From Lingula anatina (taxonomy: Eukaryota > Animalia > Brachiopoda): a stretch of DNA of 64,000 bases. A model generated the notes under the pieces. It made no database searches, had not been told where the DNA came from, and saw only the letters and a program-made list of their open reading frames with translations. The stretch lies in the NCBI GenBank assembly GCA_051362555.1, contig CM120641.1, positions 36,896,401-36,960,400 on the forward strand. The letters are read 5' to 3'. Below, piece after piece: positions 55,977 through 64,000 of this stretch; position 1 is the first letter of the stretch; every line of letters starts with the position of its first letter. The position numbers and the translations under genes were made by a program.

Positions 55977-58870
55977 CAAAGACGGAACAAGCATCCCACT
56001 GTCCCAACAAAAAGGGGTGCTGTCTGCAAGAGAAGAGATTATGAAGTTTTCCAAAAGGACAATAAGTGCCCCCCGGTTTTACGATAAACCGACTGCTGAC
56101 TGTGCTGAAGTAGAATATGAGAAAATTGATATATTGAAACACAATGGGAAAATTTATCAGTCCCCTTTCATGTGACCCAGTTGGACATACTAAATGATCA
56201 TCAAGGGGGAATTCAATATCACCACCCAGTGTTGGGTAAAAGCTAAAATATTGTCACCATACGTCTTCAGGGAGGTGACAAAAAAAGACCAAATTGTTCC
56301 TTGCTGTCAAGACCAGACAAAAAGAATGCCGAAGAAAAAATGAAATTCCATCAGCTTATAAGAGGATTCGGCTCTAATGAGAAAATGGACCTTAAAAAGT
56401 TGAAGAGGCCATAGAAGAGCTCATTGGGAGATCCAGACGCCCATATTGTCCTTTTGAACAAATAGTCCTTAAGAGAACAAAAGGCTGTTGTGAGCAACTG
56501 GCCAAGACTCCTCATCTTCAAGATTTTTGTTGACGGGATATTGCAACCGAATCCCGCCAACATATTCAGTAAATGGGAGATCAAGCTGGTGGCCAATAAG
56601 TTATCAACACCACACAAAAGATTGGACTATTTTGAAATAAGAAATTTGTCTTTTAATGACATTTGAGATCAAATATCCACTCTAAAAATTGTCAAGTAAA
56701 AAGGTGCCAAAATTGAGACTGATTGAAAATCCACTCCAACATTCAAGTTGTTGACCTTGGTTGTGAGTTATAGACTTCTCCTCTGAAGATAAGAGGCATT
56801 TTACTGCACACTGGCAGGATAATTGTGCTGTATAGACTTCTCAATGATGGGAACAAAGCATTTTCCAATACATTTGTATGAATCAGAATTTTTATCTGCA
56901 TTTATTAGCTTGTAGGGCCCCTTTAACAAGGGACCCAGCACCGAGGCTCTCCAATCAGCTTGTCATATTCAAACTGCCTTATTTATTACAAGTGGTCTGT
57001 GGTTTTGAATTAGTGTGCCCATTTCATATTTGACTGCAGCAATTCCAGACAAATATGACATATGAAATGTCATAGTCACCTTTCTTTGGGGATGTTGTGA
57101 TTGATGTGTCTTTGAATATGTGTGCTTAGTTACCACTTGTGTGAGTAGTAATATGGATCGGCAGTAATTTGGGATTGATTGTGACCAGTGTTTGAGTTCT
57201 GACTGTCACTTGAAATAACCCACCATTTCTCATTTGATAAATTTTGTGATTCATCCCTAAGGTGACTGTTTAGAGTATGACACAAATTTGATTAGTCTTA
57301 TTGCATTGGTGCTATTTGCCTTGTAAATAATGTTGTATAAAATGCAAAATGTTGTAAATTGTACATAATCTGTAAAATATGTAAGAGGATGTGTGAAAGC
57401 CCAACTGCTCTGAGTAGTGGGAAAATATTGATACTAGTTATGGTAGGATTTGTCATGAAAATGATACATTCCGTTGAGAAGATTTATAGAAGCTCCATAC
57501 TTCTCAAAAGATTCACTTTGAATAATTCCATCACATTTTCATTACAGTTTCACTTCAAATAGAAAGCAAGCTTTTCCCATATAAACTTACGAGCACAAAT
57601 TATGGCTACTACCTAAGTAATAATGAGAAATCATAACTGTCTTTTTTTCCTTGTCTTTTTAAGTTAAACCATGACCCAGTAATACTGGGTTTGAGACAGG
57701 TTGTTTTAGATTTTTTGAAGAATAAGCTCTATGTTATGCACCTATCAAAATTGAGATATGTGTCAACTTGTCATGACATTTGTGGTACTAATAGCTTGAT
57801 TATGCAGCATTTGTGTGTCTGGGTTACTTGTGACTGCAATTTGTCACTGAAATGACTTTTGAACTTCGCTCAGTTTTATTCCAAAGCAGAATTGAAATGC
57901 TCCTAGTAAGCTTTTTTTTTTTTTTTTCGTTGCACCATTATTGATAGCATAATTCAGTTGTCAAATTTACATTGCATTTAGAAAGCACTCCCTGCCAAAA
58001 TAGGCTAGTTGCATTTAAATGTTTGAGTGATCTGCTGCCAGCGGTCCTTAGTTTCCTTTTCATCTCTTTTTAAATCTTTGTTGTATGTTGTATCTCATCA
58101 ATATAGTTGACATTTTATTGCATTTAGAACATTTCTATTGCATTAGAATTTATTCACTGCCAAAGTGGAATTCTGTTGAAGTGTATGGAGTTTAAGCACT
58201 TTTGCATTTAACTTGGTAGTTCCCTGGTAATTTTTTAAGAACAAATTATTTTGCATTTAAATTAATAGATACAGTACCAAAAAGGGGTACTTTATAAATG
58301 TTTTACCACTGCATGTCATCAAATTTTACCCTTCTTAAGAGTCATTTTGACAACTTAAAACATTCTCTTTAGTCTTGTGCATCAAAGTGAGTCTTGTGAA
58401 TATTTTGTTAATGTTATTTTGTCTTAAATTTTAATAAGTTTAGTGCTCCTTATAATACAAAGGCTCTTTCCCAGTCCTCATTCAATGAAGTTTGTCCCAA
58501 ATAAGTTACTTTATTTTTTTGGCGAAAGATTCCCAATTATGTTTTTGACTGTACATGGAAAAAGAATTTACACAATAAGTCATTATATAAATTGGCAACA
58601 TTCATTGTATATAATCTTATTTTTGTATAAAGATCACTTAAGTGAATGGTGAAATCCACAAAATGTTATACAGAATTAATGATAATAAAAATATTTAAAT
58701 TTTGAAAAAGTGTCCATATTGATTTTGTAACCATTTTTTTTATATATATTAATCTTTCAACAATCTGTCTGCCTTGCAAAGTCATCATTTTTTTTTCTAC
58801 ATTACCACATTCTTGTGTCATGTCAAGTAGATTAACACCTTCAAGCATGCAATAAATTTTGAATTACTAC
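55977..58870 (+). promoter_or_regulatory. Putative long 3' UTR of the meteorin-like gene with clustered post-transcriptional motifs
   Basis: T-rich sequence after the stop. Pumilio elements TGTAHATA at 57322, 57360 and 58606. TGCATTTA occurs six times. AATAAA at 58851. The 3' end is inferred, not observed. Confidence 0.55.
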
Positions 58871-60506
58871 TGCATGGAATCATAATGCATTCATCAACAT
58901 AAAAAACATTGCATAATCTCGTGCGAGGTGTAATTAATAAAATGGCTATAAAAACATGCCACTATTTTCAGACACACAGCGTAACGCCACTTAATTATAC
59001 ATATCATATATCTTTCATGTCTCATCCTATTCAGTGGCATAATTCCAATTTTCGAGACCTGATACCAGCAGCACGGATCACAAACTTTGCCCAGAGCCAA
59101 GAGTTTCTCAACTCCTTATTGTGCTGTGACACTTCCCCGACAGCATGACTACAAATGACACCACCTACCTGGATCAGAATTTCTGCTGGCTTTCTTTCAG
59201 TCTTGAATGAAAACCCCTATAGCAATTTTCAGTGGAAGGTCTAGCACTAGCTCGGGTCACAAGTTTAGATGACTTTTTTCTGTATTGAATAAAAATTCCC
59301 AAAGGCAAATTTAGTTGCATGTCTGGATTTTTACCTGTAAAATGTTAAGTTAGAATGTTTTCTTTTTCAAATATTTCATTTCTGAATAAATTTTATTATG
59401 GACAAAAGGAATATTTGAAAATTTCTAAAGACAAATATTTTTCAAGTTATAATTTTTTTTTCAAATATACATAAAAGCATACAGATTGAACCAGTTCATT
59501 TGAGATCAAATTTCCCATGATTTGCAACGTTATTCGATATTTGAGAGGTGATTTTATCAAACTGCATCACTTAATTGCCAAGTTGCACAGCTAATAAAGC
59601 CATAGCATGTAAAAACTAAGAGCGCAAAAGAAAAAAGATTTCTGGTAGTCACCAAGGTTGATCTTGTGGCATCCTTCTGTGAACAATGCACCACACAACA
59701 ATGAAACTGCCTCGAGAGTCCAACGAACAACAACACAAAAAAGCCTGCATACTTTCTAAGTACACCTGTAACTGGCAGTAATCACCCACGCTGACAAATG
59801 CTGCGGGACAAAATTCTTTGCGAATGCACTGGATGGTTTCTGATTTAAAAAAAAAAAAACTTTTTTCATCATCATCATTTTAAACATGCACAGAAGATGT
59901 TAGGAATAGCGAAAAATGGCTTACAGGGACCAGTTTTACATTGAAAAAAAAAATGGGAAAAAAAACTATTAAAGCTCTCTAGCACATTTATTTGGTCACT
60001 TTTCAAGTACATTTAATAATGCCTTTCACAATAATATTAAAGTGATCTGAAAAACATCTTCAGACATTCTGCTCTTCATTAGTGTAAAAGTAGAAACATA
60101 ACTGACTAAAAACTTAAGAATAAATCATACAAAATATTGCACAACACGTTAAACGAAATAAATCAATTATGATGCAAAGTTTGTCACAGCCACTGCTTAA
60201 AATAAACAAAAATTACTGACTGGAAACTGAAAGGCAGATAACAAGACAGCTGTAAGTGATGCGTTCACTGAACCATTGACTACAGTACCAACCATAGCCT
60301 ACATTAATCAAACTTTCTCCCACATTAATTTGAAAAATAATTCCACCGCCTCAAATAACTAACATGAATGGAAGGACTTCTGCACCCTGCAACAAATCCT
60401 ATAATTTGTATGGCATGCTGAGAGATGAATATCATATACCTCCCCCACGAGAGATCGGATGAAATCAAGGCAGAAAAGGCTGGATTCTGATGGTAAATAC
60501 CTAAAT

Positions 60507-60706
60507 CTAGGACCCCATTCCCAGAGATGAGATCGATCCAACTAGATCGACCTAACTCCCTGGGGGTTCACACTAAATATCTGTTAGCCAAGCGTGCACG
60601 AAAGTTAATTACCCCCTGACAGCTTGTAGCCGGATTATCTGACTGTAATTTGGTGAGACTCCCCACGGGGATAGATCGATCTAAAATCTATGGAAATGCG
60701 CCCTAG
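60507..60706. mobile_element. MITE of about 200 bp with about 32 bp imperfect TIRs, PIF/Harbinger-like
   Basis: ctaggaccccattcccagagatgagatcgatc ... gatcgatctaaaatctatggaaatgcgccctag; CTAG at both ends. Confidence 0.65.
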
Positions 60707-62349
60707 GTGGTAGGAAGCCTGTTCCAGATTGACAACCCCTTCATTGAAGACTGTGAGAAAGAAATCAGTGCTGTCATCAAGTGATTATTTCATTTGCATC
60801 TACATATGCAAAGTATGGGACTTATTTTGACAGAGCACAAACTGGCATTTCCTGGTATTGTTGGGATGGGAACGAATTTAGCAGTAAATGTAAATATGTT
60901 GACTGACCTTCTCATTCAGACAAAGCTGCAATATTTTAGGCGGGGAAATTCATGAAATATATGGGGCAAGTGCTAGAGTTTCATAAATAACATGCTGAAC
61001 AGAAAAATAACTTAAATATTGGGTTCACCTCTGAAACCTTACTGAAACTTTGATGAGAACACTTAGTTAAATTGGAAACATGTCTAGTACAACACTGGTA
61101 CTGTATAGCAGGAGTTTTAACATATACATGCAGTATATCTTTAATAAATACTATCATAATTACCAATACTAGTACTCAATAAAATAGAAAAATTAAGAAC
61201 GCAAACAAGAAGACATATGAATCATTAACATTACAGCAAATGAAGTTTAAGTATAAATGTTTGTGCACACAAATGTTGCAAAATCTCTTATCAGATATAC
61301 AAAAGAACATCTCTAATTAGTCTCTTTCATCAAATTGCCCCACATTCAATATATCACAATAAAATGGAGTTTTTTTGCCAAAGCTCAAGACAAGCATACA
61401 TGGCAAATAGACTAGCCTTATGGTACTGGTACAATACAACCATCTTTAATGCAATGTAGTATCCGTTTGCTGTTAAGGAGCAAAATCCCTTATACATTAA
61501 CTGTCAATTTTATTTTGTGTGAGCTATTTAATACAATGAATTCCAAAAATCTCTTTTCTAGCCATGCTACCATGCCACATTTAAATTCCTTAAATATTGC
61601 ACTTACTTCTTGTAATTAACCTACCTTTGTAGTCCATACTAAAATTACTCTAAAACTGTTATGCTCTTGACAATAGATAATCTACTTGTGCAATGTACTG
61701 GTACAACCTTTATGACATTTACATCCTTTAAAACATCACTTTCATTGTCAAAAATAGAGACACAAACTCTATGCACCTAAATGAATACCATGCTTTAATA
61801 CTATCCAGTAAGATATTATAGAAGAAGAGATTTGTTTCAGACTGAGAGAAAGATGAACCCTACAAAAAGATCTGATCTTCTGATTTCAAGAATTTCACTT
61901 GGGAAAACAGCACCAATTTGGTCATTTATTTAGAAAAGGTTTTTCAACAACAGAGAAACTGATGCAGTAACACCACTGAGACCAAAGTGGGTCTTAAACG
62001 GGCAATCTTCAATGTCCAGGACTCAATAAAACATTTGATAATTCACTGGTCAGCAATCTCTGCTGATGTGATTTATTTTAAAAGAGAAAAAAAACTTTGA
62101 GAACCTCAGACCTTTGTGGGAAGTCCCTAATTCAGTGTGCCAACATAATACCCACTTCTGTTATATCAAGTGGGCTTTTAATGAAGTCTGGGGAGAACTT
62201 AGTAATCTCATACCTTAATGTGTAAATATTTACCAAATGTCACAGTCATAAGCTGGTTCTGTAAGATTTAACCCGAGTTATACAAGTTATGTTCATGTTG
62301 AGAATAGCTGCTACATTACTTCATCATTAGTATTCACCTATACTTGTGC

Positions 62350-62523
62350 CAGGGGCAGATCCAAAGATATTTTCTGATAGTCAGAGTTCAAAATTATCTT
62401 TGTTGATCCATCCTCCTTTTCTGAAGGTCTTTCGACACAAAAAATTAGATGCCCGTCAAAGTAAACTTGAAAAATTATTACCATCTTCCAGTAGACCCAG
62501 AAGGTGGCCTCTATCTGCCCCTG
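62350..62523. mobile_element. 174 bp MITE with CAGGGGCAGAT TIRs
   Basis: Perfect 11-bp inverted termini CAGGGGCAGAT ... ATCTGCCCCTG. Flanks tgtgc and tgtgt. Confidence 0.6.
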
Positions 62524-64000
62524 TGTGTTACAAAAAATGGTACAGAAACCCTTGGACCTGCATTTCCAGGCAAGCTGTGGTGGTTTAACTAAAAAAAATA
62601 TGTTATTACAATCTCTAACCATACGAATCCAATCTAATCCCTCTGTTGTCACACCAACTACTGTCCTAATTCAGTCACGTTGTGTGCAATCAAATTGACT
62701 TCTTTGATATATAGTACGTAATTATCATCACACAGTCTGATGAGATGCAACATACCAAAAGAATTACCAAAATGTCACTGGAAATGCACTTTTAAAGTTA
62801 CATATAACCACATTATAAAGGAACCTGACTTGATACAGCTGCCAACTTCACTTACACCATCCATATACTTTTTCTTTCTTGCACAGCATAAGGGCTCTAA
62901 TCAGGCAATTTCTGTCAAATGACATTAAAATAGAGGTATTTCTGATGTGAAATGTTTCTTTCTTTTGTACATGTCCTTCTTAGAGCAATGTACTTGAGAA
63001 AAGGGTCTGAAGTAGATGTAAACAGGAACAATATTCTGAGGTGGCAATGTATCCAATATAGAAGAAAAGGATAAGTGAAAAGCACTCTGATGCATTTTAT
63101 TAAATTGTGCTTCACTTACAAGCATTGTAGTCAATGCTCTTTTTCCATTTACACATGTATCTACAAGTGTTCAGCTCATTTTCTCCTTTATGAGAAGTGT
63201 TTCAACTCTCTAATCCCTGCCACCAGGTTTGATTGTGCACTCCAAGCTTGTAATACTGTTTATGGCATGTCCACTTCTGTGACCCACTATATGTGTGAGA
63301 AACCCACTCAGAAAAATAATGTGAGGTCCCGTGTTCATAGATGATTTTGAGATGTGTTGGCGCAGTGCAATGTCACTGATGTTATTTAAACAAGTTCACT
63401 AACAGTATCAAAACATGGAATTCTATTATATATAACTTATAAAGAATGATGAGAAGATTTTAAAAACACTGACTTTAAGAATAAACACTTAAAAATAACT
63501 TGTAATAAAAATATAGACTAAATAACTTAAATATTAATAAACATAAATAATTCTTATCACTCGTATTTCCCAAAATATGAAGTGAAACCACTCAATTTGT
63601 ATTCAGCTGGCCTTGCCTTACAGTTGAAATTAACATCAAGAAAGGGGAAAGGAGCACTTGCATTAAAATCAAATGAATAAATATTAACATAAAACCATAT
63701 GTAGAGTTGGGCCTGGTCATGTACTTATTCACTTGCCTGCTTTTTTTTGTAACATTTAAACACATTTGCTTATGGACTCATTACAATTTGGTTTGTAGTG
63801 CTGAAAACTATATTTCAGCAGGACATACTTCATTAAAACAATTACAGGTGTAGCAATAAACATACGTGCCTAACTGTGGCTGTTGAGAACATCAAAACTA
63901 TGTTATGTGGACATATCTTCCGAGAATTGTCTTTAATGTCGACATGTTTTAAACTTGTGAAAATAGTTGTCAAAATATTTAATTTTTTTACCAGAATCTG

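Noticed and set aside
55974-56087. Stop-codon readthrough of meteorin (TGA-CAA followed by an open frame of about 36 codons)
   Set aside because: It lacks the UGA-CUAG or CARYYA motifs, the protein already ends at the family C-terminus, and an extension of this length is plausible by chance.
59170-59334. Possible minus-strand exon (cag|GTAAAAATCC..CCAG|gtaggt)
   Set aside because: No recognisable protein and stops occur in the frames examined. 59-64 kb looks non-coding, possibly the 3' UTR of a gene outside the window, but this cannot be supported.
36000-64000. Many 60-135 aa ORFs in the track
   Set aside because: Apart from those overlapping the meteorin exons, they lack recognisable domains or splice-consistent partners and fit chance ORFs in non-coding DNA.

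Overview
AT-rich, intron-rich animal genomic DNA. A lophotrochozoan, probably a mollusc, is inferred from protein style and repeat types. Four spliced genes were reconstructed by hand. (1) A Cad87A-type cadherin on the minus strand (1..19370) with 14 EC repeats, a TM helix and a Cys-rich then Gly/Ala-rich tail; it runs off the left edge. (2) ASPSCR1/TUG on the plus strand (21753..28179) with two GC-AG introns. (3) B3GNTL1/QTGAL, the queuosine-tRNA galactosyltransferase, on the minus strand (28880..34761, 12 coding exons). (4) A meteorin-family gene on the plus strand (35409..55976, 4 exons), head-to-head with QTGAL as in human 17q25.3. Highlights: an 11-codon uORF in frame with QTGAL and separated from it by one TAA (possible tRNA-modification feedback sensor); six miR-277-type 8mer sites in the meteorin 3' UTR; a 1 kb fold-back element with about 414 bp arms in QTGAL intron 1; a palindromic two-way poly(A) signal; cadherin microexons; several MITEs. 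No CRISPR, rRNA or tRNA was recognised. All calls come from reading the sequence and recalling homologues; no searches were run.
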